DNA of 64,000 nt from an uncultured virus (IMG/VR IMGVR_UViG_3300042691_042722) (IMGVR_UViG_3300042691_042722), one strand, 5' to 3'; positions 21,081 to 32,031 are shown, numbered from the stretch's first letter. The notes: a model not told the origin generated them from the letters alone. Numbers and translations are program-made.

Positions 21081-21824
21081 ATGAACTTAAAAGAAAACAT
21101 ACAAAGAATTAAAGAAATGATGGGTTTTCTTAATGAAAGCTTGGATGATGAAATAATTTTAATCAATAAAGAATTTGATATGACTTCAAAGTTTAGTCCT
21201 GAGGTTATGAAGTTGCAAAATATTTTAATTGATAAAGGTTATGATATTGGTGACTTCGGTCCGAATGGGGATGGTGTAGATGGTTTATATGGAAAGTTAA
21301 CTAAAAAGGCCCACATGGACTTGAAAAGGGAAATTGGTACTGAAACTACAGATGATGAAGATGAATTAAATGATTTTAATGATGTTACGGTAATCATTGG
21401 TGGGTTGTCATATGCAACACCTTCTTGGATGAAAAAACAATGGATTGATGCGGGACTTCCGGTAACAGATAATGTTAAATTTATATCTTGGGATTCAGGA
21501 TTGTTGAGTTCACTAAAAAGACAGTACAACGTGACTAAAATCGCGGGATTCTCAAAAGGAGGACAAACAATTTGGAATGAAATTGACTCCAACCCATATC
21601 AATATGATTTTATTGGACTCATTGATCCATCAACGTCTAAAACCTATTATGATCTTCCAGATAATGTGTTCTCACTTACTAATAGTAGTAATTGGGGGTC
21701 ATATCCCAATATCAGAAAAAATCTGAAAGAGATGGAGAAGACAGGTGTTTTGACAAAAACAAACTCTAGTCACGAAATGATTCCTTATGAATTCTTCAAA
21801 AAATATAAATATAACTTAGTATGA
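21081..21824 (+). CDS. leader + peptidoglycan-binding + alpha/beta-hydrolase-like domain
   Basis: LQNILIDKGY..G.DGLYGKLT; GFSKGG nucleophile elbow; LIDPS; C-terminal His. Confidence 0.6.
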   Translation: MNLKENIQRIKEMMGFLNESLDDEIILINKEFDMTSKFSPEVMKLQNILIDKGYDIGDFGPNGDGVDGLYGKLTKKAHMDLKREIGTETTDDEDELNDFNDVTVIIGGLSYATPSWMKKQWIDAGLPVTDNVKFISWDSGLLSSLKRQYNVTKIAGFSKGGQTIWNEIDSNPYQYDFIGLIDPSTSKTYYDLPDNVFSLTNSSNWGSYPNIRKNLKEMEKTGVLTKTNSSHEMIPYEFFKKYKYNLV

Positions 21825-22393
21825 AGCTAGAACAGACCATAAGAAAAGTATTATCTGAACACAACAAAGGTAAAGATAAAAAAGTCAGAGATATCATTCT
21901 AAATGCAACAGAGTGGGATGATTTTTTAAGTGCATTAGCAGTTAAATACGGAGATACTGTTCCACTATATCATGCTACTACAAAAGAAACTGCTGAGATT
22001 ATAGACAAAGAGGGGTTCAAACTCACATACGGAAAGAACTATAAATCATTTACCCCTGAAGAATTGATATATTTTCAAATAGGTCATTCTGATTATCAAG
22101 CGTCAAATAGACCGGTTGTTTACAGAGTAGATGTCCCGATAGATTTCATTGCTGAATTTGCCGATATAGATATGGACAATGTTGATATAAGTGATGAAGA
22201 TCTTGCTGATGTTGGAGTTGATATGGAATACTTTGAGGAAATGTCGTATGAAATTAAAGATGCGATTAGATATTACGTTTGGAATAATATGACACTTGAT
22301 GGTATGGAATTATTAATAACTGATAGGAACAATGTGGGTAATATCTTCAAAGGATTGAATCCGGTTAAGGTATCTGAACTTAAAGATATCTAA
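21821..22393 (+). CDS. leader + possible ADP-ribosyltransferase-fold domain
   Basis: LYHATT......I...GF, IYF pattern. Confidence 0.45.
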   Translation: MKLEQTIRKVLSEHNKGKDKKVRDIILNATEWDDFLSALAVKYGDTVPLYHATTKETAEIIDKEGFKLTYGKNYKSFTPEELIYFQIGHSDYQASNRPVVYRVDVPIDFIAEFADIDMDNVDISDEDLADVGVDMEYFEEMSYEIKDAIRYYVWNNMTLDGMELLITDRNNVGNIFKGLNPVKVSELKDI

Positions 22394-22454
22394 AAATTTA
22401 AGTCTACACCATGTAGATATATTAGTCTTTTGATCTATCAGAAACGAATTCATA

Positions 22455-22832
22455 TTATTCAAATGTCCAATTATGTAATTTATTACCTCTTTTTGTTATA
22501 TTAAGTCCAAATTTCCATTTTACAAATTCCTCAAAGTTCTCCTCACCAAAAAAATCATAGATTAATTCAAATTGTTCGTGAACGCTCCATTTTTCATTAC
22601 TGAAAGTATGATTATCATCCCACTTAATAAAAAGAGGATCTTCGCTTGGGGCGTGATCTGAGTAATAATAATAGTTGATATATGTATAATCATCAAAACT
22701 TGATCCATAACCACGATTGCCGCGACCAACACTTTTCTTTCTTATCAAAGGCAATTCAATTTCAGGAAAGTTCTTTTCAAAGAATTTATCCATAGTTTCC
22801 ATTAATTTACTTTCGGTGATAAGATATTTCAT
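22455..22832 (-). CDS. MKYLITESK-leader protein
   Basis: Leader; TATTTAT 5 nt upstream; paralog of 25283. Confidence 0.7.
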   Translation of the reverse strand: MKYLITESKLMETMDKFFEKNFPEIELPLIRKKSVGRGNRGYGSSFDDYTYINYYYYSDHAPSEDPLFIKWDDNHTFSNEKWSVHEQFELIYDFFGEENFEEFVKWKFGLNITKRGNKLHNWTFE

Positions 22833-22906
22833 ACATGATAAATATATTTGCAAATGTATTGATCGGTTTTATTTTCTCTTATTATAAACTTCATATCCAA
22901 TAAATA

Positions 22907-23296
22907 TTATTCATTTCCATCTTCATAACCATAGAACTCTTCATCACCTGAAGTGTCATTGGAAAAAAATTCGTAACGGAACGTCACACAATTATTGTTA
23001 AATTTTTCATTGAACCACTTTATCAGAAACCAAGGATCGGTTCCGAAACCAAAAAAACCTTTGAATTTTTGATCAAAACTATCACTGATGTGTAAAATAT
23101 ATTCTTTTTTGTCATTATCAGTGCGATATCTGTGACTAGGGTTATCCACAGCTGAGGTATAAAATACTCTTTTACCAGGATAGCCGTCATAAACTGAAAC
23201 TTCATCATCACTGTAGTTCCAAACTTTCCAATCAAAACTATTGAGAAATTTCTCAACCAAAGAGTTTATTCTACTTTCTTTAATAAGGAATTTCAT
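22907..23296 (-). CDS. MKFLIKES-leader protein
   Basis: Leader; FFG..KWF motif. Confidence 0.7.
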   Translation of the reverse strand: MKFLIKESRINSLVEKFLNSFDWKVWNYSDDEVSVYDGYPGKRVFYTSAVDNPSHRYRTDNDKKEYILHISDSFDQKFKGFFGFGTDPWFLIKWFNEKFNNNCVTFRYEFFSNDTSGDEEFYGYEDGNE

Positions 23297-23323
23297 AAAG
23301 AATAAAAATTGTTTATGTCTGTT

Positions 23324-23743
23324 TTATTCATCAATTGTATATTTGATATACCCCTTACAAAAACTTGTTTTATTTAAAATTAATTTTAGAAAAATTCGTT
23401 TGTTTTCCAACAATTTACTTCCTGTCAGAAGTAGAACATCTTTCCATAAATCACCCATCACACTTCCAATTCCCCCTTTTTTTTCCTCTTTTTCTATTTG
23501 TTCATCGTTATTGTATTCTTTACTAAACCAATCCGCACAGATTTCAACGTCAACTTCATCATAAGTAAATCTATCAACCTCTTTACCTAAAACGCTGTTG
23601 AAATCTCTTTTATTTACTTCAATACGTCTTATATATGGAAAACGTTTTATCATGACGGCTGAAAAAATTTTGTTAACCATATTATATAATTTTTCAACTT
23701 CTTCAGATACCCACTCAAATTCTTGTATATTTTGTTCTTCCAT
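23324..23743 (-). CDS. hypothetical protein
   Basis: KRFPYI motif shared with other ORFs in the window. Confidence 0.6.
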   Translation of the reverse strand: MEEQNIQEFEWVSEEVEKLYNMVNKIFSAVMIKRFPYIRRIEVNKRDFNSVLGKEVDRFTYDEVDVEICADWFSKEYNNDEQIEKEEKKGGIGSVMGDLWKDVLLLTGSKLLENKRIFLKLILNKTSFCKGYIKYTIDE

Positions 23744-23762
23744 ATAAAGTAAATATTTTTAA

Positions 23763-24539
23763 TTATTCAAAATATAACCTAATAGCCGAAAACCTTATAT
23801 CTTTGAATGTTTTACCATAAAAAGAATTTAATATTGTCAATAATCTTTGTCTAACTTCATCCGCCTCTTCTCCCCCAATTATATCACCAAAATAAGTGTA
23901 TGAATAATCGTTTTTATCATCCCAAGCGGAATTTCCCGGAAAAGGATAGGAATAATGATAGTGTTTCCATTGACTTTCACCCCAATCATGATCTACCCTT
24001 AATTTACCATCAATAAAGTAATAACCTTCACGAAATCTACCTTGTGGAAGTTTAAGATCATATATTGATAATTCCTTCCACCAATCAAACTTTTTACTCA
24101 TTGACTTGTTTAGTACTCTCTCAATTATTTTATAATTAGGTTCATCATCCGGATTATACGTTTCGTTAATTGTTTCATTTTCATTAAAAAACATATCTAA
24201 TAATTGATCAAATCCCAATCCGAGTATATCAATACCCAATATTTTCATAAATTTGGACTCATGAAACAAATCACCATCTTGATATGAAACCCACCAACCT
24301 TTACCCTCTTTCTCCGCATCTCTCGGAATTACAAGATACTCTTTTTTACCGTATTCTACTAAATAAAGAGGTCCTCTATTATTCAACATTCTATTTACTT
24401 GCGAAGGATTAAAATGCCTATCCCAATGCATTGGTAGTTGATATGTATTCGTAATAATAAAGATCTTGTTAGTTAGATCAAGACCAAACCTATCACTTAA
24501 TAACTTCTTTAACTTACTTTCAAATAATAAAATTTTCAT
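23763..24539 (-). CDS. MKILLFESK-leader two-module protein
   Basis: Leader; internal TINE junction. Confidence 0.7.
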   Translation of the reverse strand: MKILLFESKLKKLLSDRFGLDLTNKIFIITNTYQLPMHWDRHFNPSQVNRMLNNRGPLYLVEYGKKEYLVIPRDAEKEGKGWWVSYQDGDLFHESKFMKILGIDILGLGFDQLLDMFFNENETINETYNPDDEPNYKIIERVLNKSMSKKFDWWKELSIYDLKLPQGRFREGYYFIDGKLRVDHDWGESQWKHYHYSYPFPGNSAWDDKNDYSYTYFGDIIGGEEADEVRQRLLTILNSFYGKTFKDIRFSAIRLYFE

Positions 24540-24903
24540 CTCTTCTTTTTACTGTATTAACAGGTAGTTTATATGTTTGCTCAAACCAATTCTTGAATAA
24601 ATCATAACTTTTTTCACCAAACATTCCTTTAAGTTCACTCATAAGTTTTGTTGTCGGTGCTAGTTGTGGAAACCCTTTTGATTTTTTCTCATCATCAGTA
24701 TAATCATAATGTTCATCATCCATAATATAATAAAAATACATATATATTTGATCTTCCGGTTCCAAAAATTGATAACCATATATTTTACGATTATCATCTT
24801 TATGTAAAGGATCTTGGATTAGATTAAAAAGATGGGGGTGATCTTTACTCAAATACTTATCAAAAAGACTTTGCAACTTTGATTCTGTTATTAAAAATTT
24901 CAT
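24520..24903 (-). CDS. MKFLITESK-leader protein
   Basis: Leader; MFG..FKNWF..YKLPV. Confidence 0.7.
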   Translation of the reverse strand: MKFLITESKLQSLFDKYLSKDHPHLFNLIQDPLHKDDNRKIYGYQFLEPEDQIYMYFYYIMDDEHYDYTDDEKKSKGFPQLAPTTKLMSELKGMFGEKSYDLFKNWFEQTYKLPVNTVKRRDENFII

Positions 24904-24924
24904 TGTACTTCTTTATTTGCTAAT

Positions 24925-25281
24925 TTATGTATCCCATCTATTTTTACGTTCATCAGAAAAAACATCAATCGTAATATCACCCATAATATATGGAGCTGAC
25001 ATCTCAAAATCATTACCCCGTCTCTCAATGGACCAACCAGTTGTTTGAATCGCAAAAAATAACTCCAAATCTTTTCTGATTCTCATTTCTAACTGATCTT
25101 CTTTATTTCTGATTTTATCGGTTGCCATTGGATTTCTTAAATATGAATCGTCAATGTGTTTGAAAAACAAATCCAATTTTATTTGAATTCCGGTTCCCCA
25201 ATAATCTTTTGAAATTTGGACATCGTCAGGTTTATAAACCGACATTATGTATTTCATTATGGATTCAATAGGTAAGTTCAT
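24925..25281 (-). CDS. hypothetical protein
   Basis: ATG directly after the upstream stop. Confidence 0.6.
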   Translation of the reverse strand: MNLPIESIMKYIMSVYKPDDVQISKDYWGTGIQIKLDLFFKHIDDSYLRNPMATDKIRNKEDQLEMRIRKDLELFFAIQTTGWSIERRGNDFEMSAPYIMGDITIDVFSDERKNRWDT

Positions 25282-25282
25282 A

Positions 25283-25618
25283 TTATTTAAATCTAAAATC
25301 ACCGGTTATTTTTAATCCGAATTTCCACTTAATGAACTCAATAAAGTTTTCATTACCGAAAAAATCCGCCATTGGTTTTAACATGCTATTTATAACCCAA
25401 AATTCCTTTTCGTGAGGGTGATTCACGTTTTGTCTCTCAAATACAGATTCATAATACAGATCATCTTGTTGCCAATAAGTATAGATATCATAATATTTTC
25501 CATTGACCCAACCTTTTTCCTTTCTTTCGTGTAGTGGTAATGTCAAATCCGGAAGGATCTTATTAAGCAATGAATCCATGAGATTCATCAATCTGTTATG
25601 TTTAATTGTGAAGTTCAC
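25283..25618 (-). CDS. degenerate-leader protein, paralog of 22455
   Basis: Shared FFG.ENF.EF.KWKFGL.IT; TATTTAT 4 nt upstream of GTG. Confidence 0.65.
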   Translation of the reverse strand: MNFTIKHNRLMNLMDSLLNKILPDLTLPLHERKEKGWVNGKYYDIYTYWQQDDLYYESVFERQNVNHPHEKEFWVINSMLKPMADFFGNENFIEFIKWKFGLKITGDFRFK

Positions 25619-25686
25619 ATTTATAAATATTACGGGGGATCAAATATACCAATCAATAATCATACGGCAAAGTATATTTATATTAT

Positions 25687-26058
25687 ATGAAATACATTAT
25701 CGCAGAATCTTATAAAGAAAAAATAGTATTCAAATATTTGGATAAAAAGAATTACAACCTATATAAACAAAAACTTGTTGATCATCCGGGGGTTAAAACA
25801 TCAAGACTTTATTTTATGTATGAATCAGAAGAATATGCGGACATTGTTTATCATTATTGGAGTGGGAAGTTATTCATCAATGGTGAATTACAAGAAGAAA
25901 TAATGAACTTTTTTGGTATGGATGATTTAGATGCTGAAGTTGTCATATCACAATGGGTTGAAGATAAAATAAATAAAAAAATTGAAATTATAAACGTATC
26001 GGTGATGTATAAAACGTCCTTTGCGGGGGAATTATTAAAACCTGATAGATGGGAATAA
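25687..26058 (+). CDS. MKYIIAES-leader protein
   Basis: Leader; TATTTAT at 25675-25681. Confidence 0.7.
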   Translation: MKYIIAESYKEKIVFKYLDKKNYNLYKQKLVDHPGVKTSRLYFMYESEEYADIVYHYWSGKLFINGELQEEIMNFFGMDDLDAEVVISQWVEDKINKKIEIINVSVMYKTSFAGELLKPDRWE

Positions 26059-26354
26059 AATATATTATAACAGAATCGCAGGCGGATTATCATAAAAGAT
26101 GGAATAAATTTACCACCTTTATGAAAAGAAGACATTTTGGAATAATGGAAGTTATTGATGAAAATTTAATGATTTTAAGTAAGTACAATGAAAAAAATGC
26201 ATTTACTGTTGGCACGGTTGTAAAATGGACGGGGGATGATATTACCATACGTAATGAAATAGATTCTGAATCAGAGATGTATGATTGGGTATACATTTAT
26301 TTGGAAGATTATTATGGTGAATTAATACAAGAAAAAATAGACAACTATAAATGA
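26049..26354 (+). CDS. KYIITESQ-leader protein
   Basis: Leader; overlaps neighbours in an operon. Confidence 0.7.
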   Translation: MGIKYIITESQADYHKRWNKFTTFMKRRHFGIMEVIDENLMILSKYNEKNAFTVGTVVKWTGDDITIRNEIDSESEMYDWVYIYLEDYYGELIQEKIDNYK

Positions 26355-26638
26355 AATACATTATAAAAGAATCAAAATTACCAATCTATATATTACGTAG
26401 GCTTAGTATGGTTAAAGATAGATTAGATATAATAGTTCAAAATATATTTGATGATGATGAGATGCGATTTGTTCATTTTGAACATTTTTTACTTACCGTA
26501 TCAGATTATGTTGCGACTGAAATAGCGAATGGAATAGGGGGAGAAGATTTTGTTACTATTAGAAACCAATTAAAACAATTCATTCGTACATACTTTTATG
26601 ATTATTTAAAAGAGTATTGGGAATCAAAACAAAACTAA
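26351..26638 (+). CDS. MKYIIKESK-leader protein
   Basis: Leader. Confidence 0.7.
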   Translation: MKYIIKESKLPIYILRRLSMVKDRLDIIVQNIFDDDEMRFVHFEHFLLTVSDYVATEIANGIGGEDFVTIRNQLKQFIRTYFYDYLKEYWESKQN

Positions 26639-26940
26639 TGAAATACATTATAACAGAAAGCAAGTTGAATAAGTTTATGAAAAATTACTTGGATAACTAC
26701 AAAGAAAATAGGGATGTGCATTATATGGACTCTTACATTATAATACCAAAATTGGGGGATAACGATTTTGCTACCGCAGAATTGGAATATGATTCTTGGG
26801 ATGGTAGATTATTCATAGATAGATCTTTTTTAGAGACATTTATTAGTTGGTTTGGTGGAGATGAAGAATACTCTCAGTCTTTCATTGCAAAATGGTTTGA
26901 AAAAGAATTTGATGTTGAAATAAAATATACACAATCATGA
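26638..26940 (+). CDS. MKYIITESK-leader protein
   Basis: TAATG overlap; leader; WFG..KWFEKEF. Confidence 0.7.
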   Translation: MKYIITESKLNKFMKNYLDNYKENRDVHYMDSYIIIPKLGDNDFATAELEYDSWDGRLFIDRSFLETFISWFGGDEEYSQSFIAKWFEKEFDVEIKYTQS

Positions 26941-27515
26941 AGTACATAATAACAGAAACTCAACATTCTGACATGATCAGAGGTGACAAAATGAAAAACA
27001 TTTTGATTTCTCACTATAGAAAAGGAATGTCAATTTCGGCATTATCAAAACTTACACTTTTGTCATCAAGGGATATCACTTTGCAATTATTAGATGAGCC
27101 ACTTGATTTATCGGAATATCATTTATGTCACGATTTGAATTATAATTTATATTCAATTTTATTTCCGGCTAAATTGTTAGAAAAAAAACATGTTTACGAT
27201 GATGGATCAACATATAATTGGATGTTTGATAGTTTAAGTGGATCAATAGATTTTGCTTATACCAATCCTGAAGGTATAATTGTTTATGGGTGGGCAACAA
27301 TGTTTTGGGATGGTAATTGTGATTTTCCGATTCAATTATCAAATATATACAACAATGGTGAAGATACACCGAGTTCACAACAAGTAATAATAAATGTATC
27401 AGAATATTTGGAAGATATAAAAACACTCAGGGATCTTGCTAACTTCTTTAATAGTTTTTACTTTGAAAATGTAAAAATAGTAATTGATGAGATGTTGTTG
27501 GAATTTAATTTTTGA
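26937..27515 (+). CDS. MKYIITETQ-leader protein
   Basis: ATGA overlap; leader. Confidence 0.7.
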   Translation: MKYIITETQHSDMIRGDKMKNILISHYRKGMSISALSKLTLLSSRDITLQLLDEPLDLSEYHLCHDLNYNLYSILFPAKLLEKKHVYDDGSTYNWMFDSLSGSIDFAYTNPEGIIVYGWATMFWDGNCDFPIQLSNIYNNGEDTPSSQQVIINVSEYLEDIKTLRDLANFFNSFYFENVKIVIDEMLLEFNF

Positions 27516-27553
27516 AAAAGTAAGAAAAATTATGCAACAAATGAAGTATAAAA

Positions 27554-28081
27554 TTATTGTTCTTCTGCGGGGTAACCGATATCTGGTTTTTCCTCATAAG
27601 GCAAAATCTCCTCTTGTTTTGGCTTTTCTACAGGAAGTGGTACTTTTTCTTTTTTGTCGTCATTAGGATAATAACCAAGAAAATACCATTTTGTGGGGTC
27701 TGGTTTGACCCCCTTTTTATTAATTTCATCGTGCTTAATCCAACCTGTATATTCTTCTCCGTTAGGAAGATTAAAACGTACTACGGTCGGACCTAAACCT
27801 AATGGAACACCAAGTATTTTTTGAAGTTGCTCAGCAGTAGGAACCCACTCTGGATTTTTTTCATTCCATTCTAAATGATGAAAAAAACTTCCTTTACCAG
27901 GTTTGGTATTTTCATCAGCGACCTTTGTTATTTTAGTACCATCGGGAACTAAAGTTATTTCACCATCGGGTCTCAAAATTCCTACCTTTCCAGGAGTTGA
28001 AACTCTTACATACCCATCATCTGTGATTTTTTGTTCATTCAATAATCTTCTCCTTTGGCTTTCAGTTATAATATATTTCAT
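27554..28081 (-). CDS. MKYIITESQ-leader protein
   Basis: Leader; TATTTAT 7 nt upstream. Confidence 0.7.
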   Translation of the reverse strand: MKYIITESQRRRLLNEQKITDDGYVRVSTPGKVGILRPDGEITLVPDGTKITKVADENTKPGKGSFFHHLEWNEKNPEWVPTAEQLQKILGVPLGLGPTVVRFNLPNGEEYTGWIKHDEINKKGVKPDPTKWYFLGYYPNDDKKEKVPLPVEKPKQEEILPYEEKPDIGYPAEEQ

Positions 28082-28203
28082 AACACATATAAATATACTG
28101 AAACTATCATAATTTGACAGCTAAAATATAATTTATTGTAATTCTCTTATGGTTCATAGAAGAGGCAATCTTCAACAACGGAAGATGTTATCGGCGAAAT
28201 AGA

Positions 28204-29487
28204 TTAAACCTGTGTATTGTTTTTATTTTGATATTCAAAGGCTAAACTATTCAATCCATTTAGGAATGTATTGAAATCCGGATAACCTTTTTTCTGCCAA
28301 CAACATAACAATAAAGCAATGTCTGTGTTGGTATGACTTTCCATGTAAGGTAGAAACATTTCTTTTTTCAGCGATTGATGTGGTTTTAATCCAAAAAATG
28401 CTCTTATGGCATATAAATTTGATTGTTTTTCTGTAGATTCGCATGTGTATTCTGGACCGGAATTTTTATCTGTTTTTTTACAATAATCCGTTAACCAATT
28501 CATGTTCAACCCGAATTCATTTTTTGTTGCGTTATTTACTTGTGGGGATTCATTTGATTTGTTTGATTTATTTGATTTACTATTAGTTGGTATTGAAAAT
28601 ACCTTATTTACTTTTTGATCCGGATTAATTGGAAAATAGTCATACAAAATGTGTTGTATTTCATGTATAAGAAGTTGAAAGGGCCAATCATCAGGAAAAA
28701 GATCATGGTGACAATTAGCATATATTTTTTGAGTGTTATCATTGGCAAAACCACCTATATTGAATTTATAATGATTGTCAAGTTCAATTCCATCAATTAC
28801 ATTAACTTTTCCATTGTAAAACCTAAGTGGTGTACGATCAATTATCATTTTATAGTTATCAAAAATATGTTTTACATCTTGCGGACTGAAGGTTTTAATT
28901 CCTTTATAGTTATTAATAAATTTTTGTTTTGTTATATCTGAACTAAGCCAATCATTTAACCATTTTTTGGCTTTGGACAAAGATCTATTGTAAGCACTCA
29001 TACATTTTCCACTTATCTTGACATTTGACGGACTAATACTATTAGATGTTGATACGGGTTTGGGTTCTTTAGGTAAATCACTGAGGAAGTTAATATTTTT
29101 GGGGTTATTAATTTTAAGGATTGGCCAATGTAATGTTTTACTATAAGTTATACCATAATCCACCCCCAAAAAACTTAATTTATATATAATTGAGTTAAAT
29201 TGAGGTTCGTTATCAATTTTTTTAGATTTACTATATTCAAATTCACCATTAATCATTTCATCAAATGACGAATACCCGGTTTTTTTATCTTTGAACATTG
29301 TATTTAATCTATAAAATTCATCATCACTTGTGAGAGAATTAATTCCGTTAACAATCAAATTGGGTTCAGAACCCAATCCCTCAGATCCTTTAATCATTAA
29401 TTTATAAACGTTTTTAATTCTTGCTTCCGCCTCAGATTGTTCAGATAATAATCTTTTGTATTGCGATTCGTTAATAATGAATTTCAT
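28204..29487 (-). CDS. leader + annexin-like domain + HEXXH metallopeptidase-like domain
   Basis: MKFIINESQY; GSEGLGSE; LIHEIQH ... EKQS. Confidence 0.55.
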   Translation of the reverse strand: MKFIINESQYKRLLSEQSEAEARIKNVYKLMIKGSEGLGSEPNLIVNGINSLTSDDEFYRLNTMFKDKKTGYSSFDEMINGEFEYSKSKKIDNEPQFNSIIYKLSFLGVDYGITYSKTLHWPILKINNPKNINFLSDLPKEPKPVSTSNSISPSNVKISGKCMSAYNRSLSKAKKWLNDWLSSDITKQKFINNYKGIKTFSPQDVKHIFDNYKMIIDRTPLRFYNGKVNVIDGIELDNHYKFNIGGFANDNTQKIYANCHHDLFPDDWPFQLLIHEIQHILYDYFPINPDQKVNKVFSIPTNSKSNKSNKSNESPQVNNATKNEFGLNMNWLTDYCKKTDKNSGPEYTCESTEKQSNLYAIRAFFGLKPHQSLKKEMFLPYMESHTNTDIALLLCCWQKKGYPDFNTFLNGLNSLAFEYQNKNNTQV

Positions 29488-29498
29488 GGTATAAAGTA

Positions 29499-29807
29499 TT
29501 AATGATTCAAGACCAATGATACATCAATAGTGGCGGTCTTGTCATTAAGTTTATGTAAAAGAAACATCTGCAGCATGAAGTTTGTTTCATCAACAAGTTC
29601 TCTATGAGTTTTAGCGTCGGGTTCTTCATTAACAAAAAATGTAACCTTTATATCTATATCACCATATAAATAACCACCTTCAATATCGGCGACGCTATCC
29701 AAAAAAGGGTATTTCTTCTTCAATATTCTAAATATAACACCTTCAATATGTCTTTTAACCCTTTCAAACCAATCTTCATTTCCTGAACCTTCTAATTCAT
29801 GATCCAT
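29499..29807 (-). CDS. hypothetical protein
   Basis: LKKKYPFL motif family; TATTTAT upstream. Confidence 0.6.
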   Translation of the reverse strand: MDHELEGSGNEDWFERVKRHIEGVIFRILKKKYPFLDSVADIEGGYLYGDIDIKVTFFVNEEPDAKTHRELVDETNFMLQMFLLHKLNDKTATIDVSLVLNH

Positions 29808-29916
29808 ATAATATGTTTTAATATAAATATATGGAAATGATATAACATATTCACTAACCTATTTCCGGGGGGACAAAACTATATTTTCAATATATTTATT
29901 ATAAAAATAAAATACT

Positions 29917-30789
29917 ATGTCAAAAAGATTTGTAATTACCGAAGAAGAAAAAAATCAGATCCGAGGGATGTATAATCTCATAACTGAAGCAACAGAAGAA
30001 GATATCAAAAAGATGTTTGAATCTAAGTTTCCAACATGTTTCAATTTTAACGCACCAAATTCTAAATTTTATGAAGAGGGTGGAAAATTTTATTACCAAC
30101 ATTATAGTAAGTTACAAAAAGGGGATGTCAAAGTTGATTTGGATGGTAACATATATATATTAGGTGGATTGATGCAAGGTTCACAACGAAAAATTGATCA
30201 AAAGTGTGATAAGACATCTGTAAAAAAATCTCCGAACGAGATAGAAGTAGAAAATTTATTTAAGAAAAATCTACCATGTTATAATATTGAAGAAGAAGTG
30301 CCTTTTAAATTTCTCATCAAATCCCCTGAGGGGCATTTGATGACAGCACTACAGTTAAAACCATATACATTATATACAAATCCCATTACAAAACAAGTGA
30401 TTACAAAGGGAGGACTAAGTGATGGAATGGTTTTACAATATTCGTGCGAAAATGGTAAATTAATTGAGAAAAAAATAACCTCTGGAACCGAAAAAAATGT
30501 TCATCAAAGAAACCCTCAAACTTATTTTAAAAATGTTACTAAAGAAGAACCAATAGTTTTTGGTATGAGAGACCGATTGCAAAATGAAGATGGAATTATA
30601 TTCCAAATTCAAAAGAAATTAAAGGAATTAAATTATTACAAAGCAGAACCGGATGGTCAGTTCGGTCCCAAAACATATAACGCAATTATACAATTCCAAA
30701 AAGCCAACAAAGATACAGAAGGTAATCCTTTAAAACCTGATGGAAAGGTAGGACCTCAAACAATACAAGCTTTAGGTTTAAAGGATTAA
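29917..30789 (+). CDS. leader + C-terminal peptidoglycan-binding domain
   Basis: IQKKL....Y....DGQFGPKT..AI..FQ....DGKVGPQT..AL. Confidence 0.75.
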   Translation: MSKRFVITEEEKNQIRGMYNLITEATEEDIKKMFESKFPTCFNFNAPNSKFYEEGGKFYYQHYSKLQKGDVKVDLDGNIYILGGLMQGSQRKIDQKCDKTSVKKSPNEIEVENLFKKNLPCYNIEEEVPFKFLIKSPEGHLMTALQLKPYTLYTNPITKQVITKGGLSDGMVLQYSCENGKLIEKKITSGTEKNVHQRNPQTYFKNVTKEEPIVFGMRDRLQNEDGIIFQIQKKLKELNYYKAEPDGQFGPKTYNAIIQFQKANKDTEGNPLKPDGKVGPQTIQALGLKD

Positions 30790-31655
30790 TAAACAATTAA
30801 CTTATTCATTCGGACAACAATTCCCCCCATCTAACGATGTGGGTTGTCCTCATTCATAACTTAATTGTTTATTCCCCCATTATATACCTGATCGGGTATA
30901 ATATCTCTAATTATATATAGTTTATACCCTTACGGGTAAAGTAAAGATATAAGTTTACATTCCCCCCATTTAAGTAAAGGTATAACTTGACTTACATATG
31001 AAGTGGGGGAACTATAAGTTAGTTGTAATATTCTAACTGATCCATCGGATTATTTCCGATATTTCACACTATAACTTACATACTATGAGTTATATTATAT
31101 ATCAGTCATGTCAGGGTTATCCTGACAATTGTGATATGATTAATAACTCCCACATATTCCCACATGCACTATAAGTCATGCACTATCAGTATAATTGGGG
31201 GATAATGCCCGATATATCAGACATTACCCGGTTCTCGTTGAGGTAAATATTCGTTCCATTTAGTGTCATCTAAATACACTTATTCCTTCCTAATAATGTT
31301 CCTAACATTCACTACGTTCATTTCCCCCGCTAATGTTCCATTACTCCCCTTTTTCTCTGGGTTTCAGACATAGTGAAATAATTGGTCTTCTCAGTATCAT
31401 CAGGAGGGGAAAATTAGGCTGGTGATATCAGGAAGGGGACTTTCAGTAAGAAATGGGGAAAAGTGGTAGAAAGTGGGAGATATAAAAAGGTGGGAAAGGG
31501 ACTATCCCCATCGTGAAGCATGACTGACATTCTGACAAATCCAAATATTTTAACATAAAGTTATCCACACAGACATAGTGTCAGGACCATTTTCCCCCAA
31601 GTTATCCCCAATTTTAATGTGGACAATTATGACATCTTAACATATATTTATTTTT

Positions 31656-31940
31656 ATGTTAACAGATAATTTCGTATACAAGGTTGTTGGTTATGGTGAG
31701 GGGGATTTCAGTGTAAGATATTACCCCAAAGAAGAACCGAATGGAATGAGCGTGGGGATTGTAAGAGTAAGGGTGATACACAATATGGGGGTTCACAACA
31801 AAGTGGTGGTACAGATATTAAGTATGGACATTAATAAGATGTTGGGGATCTATGATGGGGATAACCCGGAAGAATTTGTGAGGGGGATCAGATCACACTC
31901 AACCTCACTGTTTACCACTGAGCAGCCTGCCTCTGATTAA
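31656..31940 (+). CDS. hypothetical protein
   Basis: TATTTAT just upstream; 94 aa. Confidence 0.45.
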   Translation: MLTDNFVYKVVGYGEGDFSVRYYPKEEPNGMSVGIVRVRVIHNMGVHNKVVVQILSMDINKMLGIYDGDNPEEFVRGIRSHSTSLFTTEQPASD

Positions 31941-32031
31941 GCTCCAAGGGTTGTTAGCCCCAGCCCGTCTTAACTACTATCGTAAGTGACAGGTCAAAGA
32001 TATGACCTTATTTTCAAACCACCAAATTTAT

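Noticed and set aside
23142..23150. Perfect DnaA box TTATCCACA
   Set aside because: Isolated and inside a CDS; expected by chance.
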